Shown here one piece after another: positions 51,661 through 64,000 of a stretch of DNA of 64,000 bases (the first letter of the stretch is position 1; every line of letters starts with the position of its first letter). The stretch lies in NCBI RefSeq assembly GCF_054482595.1, contig NZ_CM137008.1. One strand, 5' to 3'. Below the pieces are notes generated by a model. That model made no database searches. It was given only the letters and a program-made list of their open reading frames with translations, and had not been told where the DNA came from. The translations under genes were made by a program, and so were the position numbers.

Positions 51661-53073
51661 TCAGGAATTACTCATTGCAGTAAATTGTTGGCTGAGATAG
51701 GTACTGGTGTTATTCAGTTTGCTCATCATGGTATCTAATTGCGTAAACTGTGCAGTGTAACGCGCCACGGTGTCATCAATGCTGGCACTGACGGATAGAT
51801 ACTGTTTGGTCAGTTTTTTCAGTGTGGCGTTAATACTGTCCTGTGCGCTATCAATAATGCCATCATCGGCAAGGTAACCTTTTACCTCGGTGGCAATTTT
51901 GGTGGTAATTCCTGTTTCTTTACCATCGCCTACCAGCAATTCACGTACGGATGCTGTATTTTCATTCAGGACTTTTTTGAGTTTATCATCATCAATTTTC
52001 AGCTTACCCGTCGTGCCGTCCTGCTTAATCCCGATCTCGTTTAATGTTTTGAAGGCACTGTCGCTGGCACCGTTTGCAAATTGTGCGCGGATGCCGCTTT
52101 GAATTGTACGTACAACGCTGTCTCCGAGAAGTGCACCATTATTTTTATCTTGTGCTTCAGCACCTGGGTCTACTTCTTTATATTTTGTCAGGGTGTTAAA
52201 GGTGTCAATGAGGGAGTTATATGAATCCACCCAGCCTTTAATTGCTTCGGTTGCTTTATCGTTGCTTTTTGTCACCGTGACCCGGACGTCAGTGACTTTT
52301 TTGGTCAAATCGAGAGTCACTCCCTGAGGAGCATCGGTAATTTTGTTACTTGAACGTTCAATATCGATACCGTTAACGTTTAGCTGTGCATTTTGCGCGT
52401 TAACCAGTTCCTTCATATTCCCGGTGTTGGTCTTGCTGTCATAAGCCAGCAGATCATTTAATTTACTGTCACCCTCAACAGATATGGTCATTTTATTGGC
52501 CAGACCTTCACTGGCGGTCAATACCAATTGATAGTTACCATCTTTGACTTTAACGATACTAGCGGAAATTCCACTATCGGCATCGTTAATGGCTTTGCTG
52601 ATCTCATCCAATGACGTCTGATCTTTATTGAGCTTGATTTCCAGCGGCTCTTTACGACCGTCTTGGGTAATTTTTATTGTGCGTGTATCTGATGACTCAT
52701 CACCCAGTGCATCTTTTGTTGATGCAATGATTGTCGGGGAATCAGTTCGTAAAGATTGCGCCTGCGCCAGTTGGGTTACGCTGATGGTATAGATACCGGG
52801 AGCAGCACCTGCTTCGGTGGAAACTTTAAGGTCTTCATTGCTACTGGTAACGGTAGTGCTTTTGAACAGATCGGCTTTATTTAACGCAGTATTTGCAGTC
52901 TGGAATTTTTCTAATGCACTTTTTAATGTGCCATAGGCTGTCAGACGTGCGGTATTGTCACTCTGTTGCTGAGTAATTGGGTTTAAGCGTTTTTTTTCAG
53001 CGATGGTCAGGTTGTTTAGCAATGTATCCAGCGGCAGATTCGAACCAACGCCAAGAGATGTAAATGAAGCCAT
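51661..53073 (-). CDS. fliD: Flagellar filament cap protein FliD
   Basis: Internal ATG (MASFTSLGVGSNLPL...) with aggaa RBS gives about 470 aa; the ORF-track start at 53151 is an extension. Confidence 0.9.
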   Translation of the reverse strand: MASFTSLGVGSNLPLDTLLNNLTIAEKKRLNPITQQQSDNTARLTAYGTLKSALEKFQTANTALNKADLFKSTTVTSSNEDLKVSTEAGAAPGIYTISVTQLAQAQSLRTDSPTIIASTKDALGDESSDTRTIKITQDGRKEPLEIKLNKDQTSLDEISKAINDADSGISASIVKVKDGNYQLVLTASEGLANKMTISVEGDSKLNDLLAYDSKTNTGNMKELVNAQNAQLNVNGIDIERSSNKITDAPQGVTLDLTKKVTDVRVTVTKSNDKATEAIKGWVDSYNSLIDTFNTLTKYKEVDPGAEAQDKNNGALLGDSVVRTIQSGIRAQFANGASDSAFKTLNEIGIKQDGTTGKLKIDDDKLKKVLNENTASVRELLVGDGKETGITTKIATEVKGYLADDGIIDSAQDSINATLKKLTKQYLSVSASIDDTVARYTAQFTQLDTMMSKLNNTSTYLSQQFTAMSNS

Positions 53074-53111
53074 ACCTAATTCCTTTTGATTGCAAACAGT
53101 AGATAAGCGGG

Positions 53112-53138
53112 TTATCGGCAATTTGTGCGCAAAGTTTA
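53112..53138 (-). promoter_or_regulatory. Sigma-28 (FliA) class-3 promoter of fliDST
   Basis: Minus-strand TAAACTTT-N11-GCCGATAA matches the sigma-28 consensus. Confidence 0.8.
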
Positions 53139-53231
53139 ATAGTTGATTCACGAAGATGATGCGCAGAGTAGAGTTGTATATTACGGATATTTCAGCCGTT
53201 AAGAAAAAACAGGAGAGAAACTAAAATTTTC

Positions 53232-53258
53232 TAAAGTTCGAAATTCAGGTGCCGATAC
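53232..53258 (+). promoter_or_regulatory. Sigma-28 (FliA) class-3 promoter of fliC
   Basis: TAAAGTTC-N11-GCCGATAC about 70 bp upstream of the fliC ATG. Confidence 0.85.
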
Positions 53259-53327
53259 AAGGGGTACGGTGAGAAACCGTGGGCAACAGCCCAATAACAT
53301 CAAGTTGTAATTGATAAGGAAAAGATC

Positions 53328-54893
53328 ATGGCACAAGTCATTAATACAAACAGCCTGTCGCTGTTGACCCAGAATAACCTGAACAAATCTCAGTCTTCTC
53401 TGAGCTCCGCCATTGAACGTCTCTCTTCTGGCCTGCGTATTAACAGTGCTAAAGATGACGCAGCAGGTCAGGCGATTGCTAACCGTTTTACAGCAAATAT
53501 TAAAGGTCTGACTCAGGCTTCCCGTAACGCGAATGATGGTATTTCTGTTGCGCAGACCACTGAAGGTGCGCTTTCTGAAATCAACAATAACTTACAGCGT
53601 ATTCGTGAATTGTCAGTACAGGCCACTAATGGTACAAACTCTGACTCCGACCTGAATTCAATTCAGGATGAAATTACACAACGCCTTAGTGAAATTGATC
53701 GTGTTTCTAACCAGACACAATTTAATGGTGTAAAAGTTCTGGCTTCTGATCAGACTATGAAAATTCAAGTAGGTGCGAACGATGGTGAAACCATTGAGAT
53801 TGCCCTTGATAAAATTGATGCTAAAACCTTGGGGCTTGATAACTTTAGCGTAGCACCAGGAAAAGTTCCAATGTCCTCTGCGGTTGCACTTAAGAGCGAA
53901 GCCGCTCCTGACTTAACTAAGGTAAATGCAACTGATGGTAGTGTGGGAGGTGCTAAAGCATTCGGTAGCAATTATAAAAATGCTGATGTTGAAACTTATT
54001 TTGGTACCGGTAATGTACAAGATACAAAGGATACAACCGGTGCTGCAGGAACAAAAGTTTATCAAGTACAGGTGGAAGGGCAGACTTATTTTGTTGGTCA
54101 AGATAATAATACCAACACGAACGGTTTTACATTATTGAAACAAAACTCTACAGGTTATGAAAAAGTTCAGGTGGGTGGTAAGGATGTTCAGTTAGCAAAC
54201 TTTGGTGGTCGTGTAACTGCATTTGTTGAAGATAATGGTTCTGCCACATCAGTTGATTTAGCTGCGGGTAAAATGGGTAAAGCATTAGCTTATAATGATG
54301 CACCAATGTCTGTTTATTTTGGGGGAAAAAACCTAGATGTCCACCAAGTACAAGATACCCAAGGGAATCCTGTACCTAATTCATTTGCTGCTAAAACATC
54401 AGACGGCACCTACATTGCAGTAAATGTAGATGCCGCTACAGGTAACACGTCTGTTATTACTGATCCTAATGGTAAGGCAGTTGAATGGGCAGTAAAAAAT
54501 GATGGTTCTGCACAGGCAATTATGCGTGAAGATGATAAGGTTTATACAGCCAATATCACGAATAAGACGGCAACCAAAGGTGCTGAACTCAGTGCCTCAG
54601 ATTTGAAAGCCTTAGCAACCACAAATCCATTATCCAAATTAGACGAAGCTTTGGCAAAAGTTGATAAGTTGCGCAGTTCTTTGGGTGCAGTACAAAACCG
54701 TTTCGACTCTGCCATCACCAACCTTGGCAACACCGTAAACAACCTGTCTTCTGCCCGTAGCCGTATAGAAGATGCTGACTACGCAACCGAAGTGTCTAAC
54801 ATGTCTCGTGCGCAGATCCTGCAACAAGCGGGTACCTCTGTTCTGGCACAGGCTAACCAGACCACGCAGAACGTACTGTCTCTGCTGCGTTAA
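53328..54893 (+). CDS. fliC: Flagellin FliC; H-serotype not assignable by eye
   Basis: 521-aa ORF with conserved N- and C-terminal flagellin domains and a variable central region. Confidence 0.95.
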   Translation: MAQVINTNSLSLLTQNNLNKSQSSLSSAIERLSSGLRINSAKDDAAGQAIANRFTANIKGLTQASRNANDGISVAQTTEGALSEINNNLQRIRELSVQATNGTNSDSDLNSIQDEITQRLSEIDRVSNQTQFNGVKVLASDQTMKIQVGANDGETIEIALDKIDAKTLGLDNFSVAPGKVPMSSAVALKSEAAPDLTKVNATDGSVGGAKAFGSNYKNADVETYFGTGNVQDTKDTTGAAGTKVYQVQVEGQTYFVGQDNNTNTNGFTLLKQNSTGYEKVQVGGKDVQLANFGGRVTAFVEDNGSATSVDLAAGKMGKALAYNDAPMSVYFGGKNLDVHQVQDTQGNPVPNSFAAKTSDGTYIAVNVDAATGNTSVITDPNGKAVEWAVKNDGSAQAIMREDDKVYTANITNKTATKGAELSASDLKALATTNPLSKLDEALAKVDKLRSSLGAVQNRFDSAITNLGNTVNNLSSARSRIEDADYATEVSNMSRAQILQQAGTSVLAQANQTTQNVLSLLR

Positions 54894-54910
54894 TTTACAC
54901 TTATCGCTCA

Positions 54911-54937
54911 AACCCCGCCACCGGCGGGGTTTTTTCT
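54911..54937 (+). terminator. Rho-independent terminator of fliC
   Basis: ccccgcc-accg-gcgggg hairpin followed by tttttt. Confidence 0.8.
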
Positions 54938-55057
54938 GCATGGAATTTACCGGTAACCCCCAAATAACCCCTCATTTCACCCACTAATCGTCCGATTAAA
55001 AACCCTGCAGAAACGGATAATCATGCCGATAACTCATATAACGCAGGGCTGTTTATC

Positions 55058-55777
55058 GTGAATTCACTCTATACCGCTGAAGGTGTAATGGATAAACACT
55101 CGCTGTGGCAGCGTTATGTCCCGCTGGTGCGTCACGAAGCATTGCGCCTGCAGGTTCGACTGCCCGCGAGCGTGGAACTTGACGATCTGCTACAGGCGGG
55201 CGGCATTGGGTTACTTAATGCCGTCGAACGTTATGACGCCCTACAAGGAACGGCATTTACAACTTACGCAGTGCAGCGTATCCGTGGCGCTATGCTGGAT
55301 GAACTTCGCAGCCGTGACTGGGTGCCGCGCAGCGTGCGACGCAACGCGCGTGAAGTGGCACAGGCAATAGGGCAACTGGAGCAGGAACTTGGCCGCAACG
55401 CCACGGAAACTGAGGTAGCGGAACGTTTAGGGATCGATATTGCCGATTATCGCCAAATGTTGCTCGACACCAATAACAGCCAGCTCTTCTCCTACGATGA
55501 GTGGCGCGAAGAGCACGGCGATAGCATCGAACTGGTTACTGATGATCATCAGCGAGAAAACCCGCTACAACAACTGCTGGACAGTAATCTGCGCCAGCGG
55601 GTGATGGAAGCTATCGAAACGTTGCCGGAGCGCGAAAAACTGGTATTAACCCTCTATTACCAGGAAGAGCTGAATCTCAAAGAGATTGGCGCGGTGCTGG
55701 AGGTCGGGGAATCGCGGGTCAGTCAGTTACACAGCCAGGCCATTAAACGGTTACGCACTAAACTGGGTAAGTTATAA
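55058..55777 (+). CDS. fliA: Flagellar sigma factor FliA (sigma-28)
   Basis: 239-aa ORF from a GTG start (MNSLYTAEGVMDKHSL...). Confidence 0.95.
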   Translation: MNSLYTAEGVMDKHSLWQRYVPLVRHEALRLQVRLPASVELDDLLQAGGIGLLNAVERYDALQGTAFTTYAVQRIRGAMLDELRSRDWVPRSVRRNAREVAQAIGQLEQELGRNATETEVAERLGIDIADYRQMLLDTNNSQLFSYDEWREEHGDSIELVTDDHQRENPLQQLLDSNLRQRVMEAIETLPEREKLVLTLYYQEELNLKEIGAVLEVGESRVSQLHSQAIKRLRTKLGKL

Positions 55778-55822
55778 CGTCAGTAAATGCCGCACTTTAA
55801 TTTTGACTACCAGGAGTTCTTA

Positions 55823-56374
55823 ATGATGGTGCAGCACCTGAAAAGACGGCCATTAAGCCGCTATCTTAAAGACTTTAAACACAGCCAGACTCATTGCGCG
55901 CATTGCCGTAAATTACTCGATCGCATTACCCTCGTTCGCGACGGCAAAATAGTGAATAAAATCGAGATTTCCCGCCTGGACGCGCTGCTTGATGAAAATG
56001 GCTGGCAAACGGAACAAAAATCATGGGCGGCATTGTGCCGATTTTGCGGTGATTTACATTGCAAAACGCAGAGTGATTTTTTCGATATTATCGGCTTTAA
56101 GCAATTTCTTTTTGAGCAAACTGAAATGAGCCCAGGTACGGTGCGTGAATATGTCGTTCGTTTGCGCCGTTTGGGGAATCATCTACACGAGCAAAATATT
56201 TCCCTCGATCCGCTGCAGGACGGTTTCCTTGATGAAATCCTCGCCCCGTGGCTGCCCACCACCAGCACCAACAATTACCGCATCGCATTACGGAAGTATC
56301 AACACTATCAGCGCCAAACCTGTACCGGACTTGTGCAGAAATCCTCCAGCCTGCCTGCTTCTGATATATATTAA
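55823..56374 (+). CDS. fliZ: Regulator FliZ
   Basis: Internal ATG (MMVQHLKRRPLSRY...) gives 183 aa. Confidence 0.9.
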   Translation: MMVQHLKRRPLSRYLKDFKHSQTHCAHCRKLLDRITLVRDGKIVNKIEISRLDALLDENGWQTEQKSWAALCRFCGDLHCKTQSDFFDIIGFKQFLFEQTEMSPGTVREYVVRLRRLGNHLHEQNISLDPLQDGFLDEILAPWLPTTSTNNYRIALRKYQHYQRQTCTGLVQKSSSLPASDIY

Positions 56375-56461
56375 ATAAGAATAAGATGTAGCGGAGTTGT
56401 TTTTGTGTTTACAAACAATGGATCTACACTGCAAACAGACATAACAACATTCGGGGTGAAT

Positions 56462-58353
<1,892 letters not shown>

Positions 58354-58367
58354 CTCCGGGAACGCTC

Positions 58368-59036
58368 ATGCAAGAAAGTATACAACTGGTTATTGATTCC
58401 TTGCCGTTCCTGTTGAAAGGGGCTGGGTATACCCTGCAACTCAGTATCGGCGGCATGTTTTTTGGCTTACTACTCGGGTTTATTCTCGCGCTGATGCGCC
58501 TGTCGCCAATCTGGCCCGTGCGCTGGCTGGCGCGTTTTTATATCTCTATTTTTCGTGGTACGCCGCTCATCGCACAACTGTTTATGATCTATTACGGCCT
58601 GCCGCAGTTTGGTATCGAATTAGATCCCATTCCGTCAGCAATGATTGGTCTGTCGCTGAACACTGCCGCCTATGCCGCCGAAACGCTGCGCGCCGCCATT
58701 TCTTCTATTGATAAAGGTCAGTGGGAAGCCGCTGCCAGTATTGGTATGACGCCGTGGCAGACCATGCGTCGCGCGATTTTGCCACAGGCGGCGCGGGTGG
58801 CGTTGCCGCCGCTGTCGAACAGCTTTATCAGTCTGGTAAAAGATACGTCGCTGGCCGCGACAATCCAGGTGCCGGAGCTGTTCCGCCAGGCGCAGTTGAT
58901 TACCTCGCGCACGCTGGAGGTGTTCACCATGTACCTGGCGGCTTCGCTCATCTACTGGATCATGGCGACAGTATTATCGACGTTGCAGAACCATTTTGAG
59001 AATCAACTTAATCGCCAGGAGAGAGAACCAAAATGA
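58368..59036 (+). CDS. tcyL: Cystine ABC transporter permease TcyL (YecS)
   Basis: 222-aa membrane ORF. Confidence 0.9.
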   Translation: MQESIQLVIDSLPFLLKGAGYTLQLSIGGMFFGLLLGFILALMRLSPIWPVRWLARFYISIFRGTPLIAQLFMIYYGLPQFGIELDPIPSAMIGLSLNTAAYAAETLRAAISSIDKGQWEAAASIGMTPWQTMRRAILPQAARVALPPLSNSFISLVKDTSLAATIQVPELFRQAQLITSRTLEVFTMYLAASLIYWIMATVLSTLQNHFENQLNRQEREPK

Positions 59037-59785
59037 GTGCCATTGAAGTTAAGAACCTGGTGAAAAAATTTCACGGTCAGACGGTGCTGCACGGTATCGA
59101 CCTCGAGGTAAAGCCTGGCGAAGTGGTGGCAATTATCGGTCCGAGTGGTTCCGGCAAAACCACGTTGCTACGCAGCATAAATCTGCTGGAACAACCGGAA
59201 GCGGGAACGATCACCGTTGGCGATATCACTATTGATACTGCACGTTCATTAAGTCAGCAAAAATCGCTGATTCGCCAGTTGCGTCAGCACGTCGGGTTTG
59301 TCTTCCAGAACTTTAATTTGTTTCCGCATCGTACGGTGCTGGAAAACATTATTGAAGGGCCGGTGATCGTCAAAGGCGAACCGAAAGAAGAGGCCACGGC
59401 GCGCGCTCGCGAGCTGCTGGCGAAAGTTGGGCTGGCCGGTAAAGAAACCAGCTATCCACGTCGTTTGTCTGGCGGTCAACAGCAGCGTGTTGCGATTGCG
59501 CGTGTGCTGGCAATGCGTCCTGAGGTGATTTTGTTTGACGAGCCAACGTCAGCGCTGGATCCAGAGCTGGTGGGCGAAGTCCTGAACACAATCCGCCAGC
59601 TGGCGCAGGAAAAGCGCACGATGGTGATTGTGACGCACGAAATGAGCTTTGCCCGGGATGTTGCGGACCGGGCGATTTTTATGGACCAGGGGCGGATAGT
59701 CGAGCAGGGGGCAGCAAAAGCGTTATTTGCTGATCCCCAGCAGCCTCGCACCCGCCAGTTCCTTGAGAAGTTTCTGCTGCAATAA
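59033..59785 (+). CDS. tcyN: Cystine ABC transporter ATP-binding protein TcyN (YecC)
   Basis: 250-aa ORF with Walker A (GPSGSGKTT) and LSGGQQQR signature. Confidence 0.9.
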   Translation: MSAIEVKNLVKKFHGQTVLHGIDLEVKPGEVVAIIGPSGSGKTTLLRSINLLEQPEAGTITVGDITIDTARSLSQQKSLIRQLRQHVGFVFQNFNLFPHRTVLENIIEGPVIVKGEPKEEATARARELLAKVGLAGKETSYPRRLSGGQQQRVAIARVLAMRPEVILFDEPTSALDPELVGEVLNTIRQLAQEKRTMVIVTHEMSFARDVADRAIFMDQGRIVEQGAAKALFADPQQPRTRQFLEKFLLQ

Positions 59786-60014
59786 TAAGAAAAAATCAGC
59801 CCCGACGATTCACCTGTCGGGGCGGGACGCCATTTCAAGCGTGATAAAACTGCTTAACAAATCAGCATAACTCATTAATAACATAAGAGAATGCGATGGC
59901 TTGCAAAAGTAATTCATTGCCTGAATAATATAAATTATATATAAATCTTATTTATGTGATAGTTTGAATTATCATTATAAATGATACTCACTCTCAGGGG
60001 CGTTGCGGTTTACT

Positions 60015-60737
60015 ATGCAGGATACGGATTTTTTCAGCTGGCGTCGCACGATGCTGTTGCGTTTTCAGAGGATGGAGGCCGCAGAAGAGGTCTACCATGA
60101 AATAGAGCTTCAGGCTCAGCAGCTGGAGTACGATTACTATTCGTTATGTGTTCGCCACCCGGTACCATTCACGCGACCTAAAGTGGCTTTCTACACCAAT
60201 TACCCTGAGTCGTGGGTTAGTTATTATCAGGCAAAAAATTTTCTCGCAATTGATCCTGTGCTGAACCCTGAAAACTTTAGGCAGGGCCATTTAATGTGGA
60301 ATGATGACTTATTCAGCGAAGCACAGCCATTATGGGAAGCCGCGCACGCACATGGTTTACGCCGCGGTGTCACTCAGTATTTAATGCTGCCAAATCGGGC
60401 GCTGGGCTTTTTGTCCTTTTCCCGTTGCAGCACGCGCGAAATACCCATTCTTAGTGATGAACTGCAATTAAAAATGCAGTTACTGGTGCGCGAAAGTCTG
60501 ATGGCTCTGATGCGTTTAAATGATGAAATAGTGATGACGCCAGAGATGAATTTCAGCAAGCGCGAAAAAGAAATTCTGAAATGGACGGCGGAAGGGAAGA
60601 CATCAGCAGAGATAGCGATGATTTTGTCAATCTCTGAGAATACGGTCAATTTCCATCAGAAAAACATGCAGAAAAAAATCAATGCACCAAATAAGACCCA
60701 GGTGGCCTGTTACGCGGCCGCTACTGGCTTAATTTGA
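60015..60737 (+). CDS. sdiA: LuxR-family quorum-sensing regulator SdiA
   Basis: Internal ATG (MQDTDFFSWRRTMLL...) gives 240 aa. Confidence 0.95.
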   Translation: MQDTDFFSWRRTMLLRFQRMEAAEEVYHEIELQAQQLEYDYYSLCVRHPVPFTRPKVAFYTNYPESWVSYYQAKNFLAIDPVLNPENFRQGHLMWNDDLFSEAQPLWEAAHAHGLRRGVTQYLMLPNRALGFLSFSRCSTREIPILSDELQLKMQLLVRESLMALMRLNDEIVMTPEMNFSKREKEILKWTAEGKTSAEIAMILSISENTVNFHQKNMQKKINAPNKTQVACYAAATGLI

Positions 60738-60764
60738 TCGCTTTTCTTTCTGCGTGCCAGATGC

Positions 60765-60802
60765 AAAAACCGGCTGAAAGGCACGCTCTCAGCCGGTTTT
60801 AT
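60765..60802. terminator. Bidirectional terminator between convergent sdiA and yecF
   Basis: ccggctga-(loop)-tcagccgg hairpin with an A-run before and a T-run after. Confidence 0.7.
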
Positions 60803-60803
60803 A

Positions 60804-61028
60804 TTACTGACGGTAGGCTTGTTTAATTTGCTTAACCGTTTTGGAAAATACTGCAGCCTGGGTTTCGTCTTCGATCAGCGCAAGCTGTTTTTCCATCTTT
60901 AACATCACGCGGCCCGCGTCAGCTTGTCCCATCGCCTGCAGCATCAGCGTCAGCATCGCTTTCAGGCAGGAGACTTCATTTGCCAGTTCTTGATTATTCT
61001 CGGCAGTAGAAAAATCAGGCGTACTCAT
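60804..61028 (-). CDS. yecF: Small protein YecF (DUF2594)
   Basis: 74-aa ORF ([26 protein letters not shown]...). Confidence 0.85.
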
Positions 61029-61486
61029 TTATTTTCCTCGTCATGTTGCAATGAAAATTTGCGGTGAAAAATGTTAAGGCGGCGGAGTATACCATAAGCT
61101 TTGCTAAAAATAGCAGTGGTTGTTTTTTGAGCGTATCGTCAACGGTGCTATTAAATGCGTTAATATAATGACCAATAAATATTTTTATCATGAATGTTTT
61201 TTGCCCGTATTGTTCGGGTTAATTAATGTTACATATTCAGCGGGCTGATTTTCATTTTTGCTGAATAAAGGTAATTTTTGTCACATTTCGTCGCAGGGCT
61301 TACTGTGAAACGATCCGGTAAGCCGTTGGTGACGGGCGTGACCATAACTATGGACAATCGAATTGACAAAAACGAGAGAAAAATCGAATACCCACCATTT
61401 TTAACGTTTCAAAGTTGCAATAAAAACCGCTAATATACGAATGACTAACTATCAGTAGCGTTATCCCTATTTCTGGAGATATTCCT

Positions 61487-62143
61487 TTGATCAACGTTCT
61501 ACTTGTTGATGACCACGAACTGGTGCGCGCAGGGATACGACGCATTCTGGAAGATATAAAGGGTATAAAAGTCGTCGGTGAGGCATCGTGCGGTGAAGAC
61601 GCCGTTAAGTGGTGTCGGGCAAATGCCGTTGACGTGGTGCTAATGGACATGAGTATGCCGGGCATTGGCGGTCTTGAGGCGACGCGTAAAATCGCGCGTT
61701 CCACAGCTGATGTCAAAATCATCATGCTTACCGTCCATACAGAAAACCCTTTACCAGCGAAAGTCATGCAGGCCGGTGCTGCGGGCTACCTCAGCAAAGG
61801 CGCGGCTCCGCAGGAAGTCGTGAGTGCGATTCGTTCTGTCTATTCAGGGCAGCGTTACATTGCTTCTGACATCGCTCAACAAATGGCGTTAAGCCAGATC
61901 GAACCAGAAAAAACAGAAAGCCCATTTGCCAGTTTGTCTGAACGTGAATTGCAGATTATGCTGATGATCACCAAGGGCCAGAAGGTCAATGAGATCTCAG
62001 AACAGCTCAATCTCAGTCCGAAAACGGTGAACAGCTACCGCTATCGTATGTTCAGTAAACTAAACATTCATGGCGATGTTGAGCTGACTCACCTGGCAAT
62101 TCGCCATGGTCTGTGTAATGCGGAGACATTATCAAGTCAGTGA
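61487..62143 (+). CDS. uvrY: Response regulator UvrY (BarA/UvrY two-component system)
   Basis: 218-aa ORF with receiver domain and LuxR-type HTH. Confidence 0.95.
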   Translation: MINVLLVDDHELVRAGIRRILEDIKGIKVVGEASCGEDAVKWCRANAVDVVLMDMSMPGIGGLEATRKIARSTADVKIIMLTVHTENPLPAKVMQAGAAGYLSKGAAPQEVVSAIRSVYSGQRYIASDIAQQMALSQIEPEKTESPFASLSERELQIMLMITKGQKVNEISEQLNLSPKTVNSYRYRMFSKLNIHGDVELTHLAIRHGLCNAETLSSQ

Positions 62144-63972
62144 GTGATCAGTTTGACGCAAAAGCGTTTTTAAAAACCGTAACCAGCCAGCCAGGCGTTT
62201 ATCGCATGTACGATGCTGGTGGTACGGTTATCTATGTCGGCAAAGCGAAAGACCTGAAAAAACGGCTTTCCAGCTATTTCCGTAGCAACCTCGCTTCGCG
62301 CAAAACCGAAGCGCTGGTCGCCCAGATCCAGCAAATTGATGTAACGGTTACTCATACAGAAACCGAAGCGCTGTTGCTGGAACACAACTACATCAAACTC
62401 TATCAGCCGCGTTACAACGTTTTGCTACGCGATGATAAATCTTATCCTTTTATCTTCCTGAGTGGCGATACCCACCCGCGTCTGGCGATGCATCGTGGTG
62501 CGAAGCATGCCAAAGGTGAATATTTCGGCCCGTTCCCGAATGGCTATGCCGTACGTGAAACACTGGCGTTACTGCAAAAGATATTCCCCATTCGCCAGTG
62601 CGAAAATAGTGTTTATCGCAATCGCTCGCGTCCGTGTCTGCAATATCAGATAGGGCGCTGTCTGGGGCCGTGCGTTGAAGGACTGGTGAGTGAAGAAGAA
62701 TACGCTCAGCAGGTCGAGTATGTGCGCCTGTTTTTGTCTGGCAAAGATGATCAGGTGCTTACGCAACTCATTAGCCGTATGGAAACTGCCAGCCAGAATC
62801 TGGAGTTTGAAGAAGCGGCACGTATTCGCGACCAAATTCAGGCGGTGCGACGCGTCACCGAAAAACAGTTTGTGTCCAATACCGGCGACGACCTTGACGT
62901 TATTGGTGTGGCGTTCGATGCGGGCATGGCTTGTGTCCACGTATTGTTCATTCGTCAGGGTAAAGTGCTCGGCAGCCGCAGCTATTTCCCGAAAGTGCCG
63001 GGCGGTACGGAACTGAGCGAGGTGGTGGAAACCTTCGTAGGTCAGTTCTATTTACAAGGCAGCCAGATGCGCACCTTACCGGGTGAGATCCTGCTCGATT
63101 TTAATCTTAGCGATAAAACGCTGCTCGCCGATTCCCTTTCAGAACTGGCGGGACGCAAGATTAATGTTCAAACCAAACCTCGCGGCGATCGGGCGCGTTA
63201 TCTGAAACTCGCGCGCACCAATGCGGCGACGGCCTTAACCAGCAAACTTTCGCAGCAATCTACCGTTCACCAGCGACTGACCGCGCTTGCCAGCGTGTTG
63301 AAATTGCCGGAAGTAAAGCGGATGGAGTGCTTTGACATCAGCCATACCATGGGTGAACAAACCGTCGCCTCCTGTGTGGTATTTGATGCTAACGGCCCGC
63401 TGCGTGCGGAGTATCGGCGCTATAACATTACTGGCATCACGCCGGGCGATGATTATGCGGCGATGAATCAGGTGCTGCGTCGGCGTTATGGTAAAGCCAT
63501 CGACGACAGTAAGATCCCGGATGTGATACTTATCGACGGCGGCAAAGGCCAGCTTGCGCAGGCGAAAAATGTCTTCGCCGAACTGGATGTCTCATGGGAT
63601 AAAAATCATCCGCTGCTACTTGGCGTTGCCAAAGGAGTAGATCGTAAGGCTGGGCTGGAAACGCTGTTCTTTGAGCCGGAAGGTGAGGGATTCAGTTTGC
63701 CGCCAGATTCTCCCGCGCTGCATGTTATCCAGCATATTCGCGATGAATCACACGATCACGCGATTGGCGGGCACCGTAAAAAACGGGCGAAGGTCAAAAA
63801 TACCAGTTCCCTGGAAACCATTGAAGGCGTCGGGCCAAAACGCCGGCAAATGTTGTTGAAATATATGGGCGGTTTGCAAGGTTTACGTAACGCCAGCGTC
63901 GAGGAAATTGCAAAAGTGCCGGGTATTTCGCAAGGTCTGGCAGAAAAGATCTTCTGGTCGTTGAAACATTGA
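62140..63972 (+). CDS. uvrC: Excinuclease ABC subunit C (UvrC)
   Basis: 610-aa ORF with N-terminal GIY-YIG motif (GVYRMY...VIYVGKA); overlaps the uvrY stop by 4 nt. Confidence 0.95.
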   Translation: MSDQFDAKAFLKTVTSQPGVYRMYDAGGTVIYVGKAKDLKKRLSSYFRSNLASRKTEALVAQIQQIDVTVTHTETEALLLEHNYIKLYQPRYNVLLRDDKSYPFIFLSGDTHPRLAMHRGAKHAKGEYFGPFPNGYAVRETLALLQKIFPIRQCENSVYRNRSRPCLQYQIGRCLGPCVEGLVSEEEYAQQVEYVRLFLSGKDDQVLTQLISRMETASQNLEFEEAARIRDQIQAVRRVTEKQFVSNTGDDLDVIGVAFDAGMACVHVLFIRQGKVLGSRSYFPKVPGGTELSEVVETFVGQFYLQGSQMRTLPGEILLDFNLSDKTLLADSLSELAGRKINVQTKPRGDRARYLKLARTNAATALTSKLSQQSTVHQRLTALASVLKLPEVKRMECFDISHTMGEQTVASCVVFDANGPLRAEYRRYNITGITPGDDYAAMNQVLRRRYGKAIDDSKIPDVILIDGGKGQLAQAKNVFAELDVSWDKNHPLLLGVAKGVDRKAGLETLFFEPEGEGFSLPPDSPALHVIQHIRDESHDHAIGGHRKKRAKVKNTSSLETIEGVGPKRRQMLLKYMGGLQGLRNASVEEIAKVPGISQGLAEKIFWSLKH

Positions 63973-64000
63973 TGTCTCTGTAGCAACATAGGGGTAATCT

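Noticed and set aside
54938-55057. Sigma-28 class-3 promoter upstream of fliA
   Set aside because: GCCGATAA is present at about 55027, but no TAAA element sits at the required ~11-15 bp spacing upstream, so I could not support a call.
61029-61486. LexA box upstream of uvrY-uvrC
   Set aside because: No CTGT-N8-ACAG motif found by eye in this interval; not reported as a feature.

Overview
Enterobacterial (Escherichia coli-like) chromosomal segment, read in inverted orientation relative to the usual K-12 map. All protein identities are from reading the translations by eye against remembered E. coli and phage lambda proteins; no database search was run. Layout: (1) 1..~11251 is the right arm of a lambda-like prophage (tape-measure C-terminus, M, L, K, I, J, lom, side tail fibre, tail fibre assembly) ending at a 62-nt 3' fragment of a tRNA-Ser gene, read as attR. 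(2) 11.8..30.8 kb is host core: yodB, zinT, msrQP, hiuH, hprRS, hchA, an intact yedS-like porin, yedR, yedJ, dcm-vsr, yedA, yedI, yodC, a frameshifted dgcQ, yedP, the DsrA sRNA, yodD, dsrB, rcsA. (3) 31.0..42.0 kb is flagellar region III (fliR back to fliF on the minus strand, fliE on the plus strand). (4) 42.0..46.5 kb is a variable islet between fliE and yedK: emrE-ybcL-ybcM, about 0.85 kb of AT-rich DNA with no credible ORF, and an IS200/IS605-family element whose TnpB-like ORF appears internally deleted. (5) 46.5..64.0 kb is yedK, yedF, yedE, yedD, amyA, fliTSD, fliC, fliAZ, tcyJ, dcyD, tcyLN, sdiA, yecF, uvrYC. No rRNA, no complete tRNA and no CRISPR array were seen. The most unusual items are the TnpB-like ORF that seems to lack the RuvC-I/II core, the DLP12-type cargo genes sitting beside fliE, the single-base frameshift splitting dgcQ, and the mosaic receptor-binding end of the prophage J protein. 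I did not find a clearly novel multi-gene system; the IS/TnpB locus is the best candidate for follow-up.
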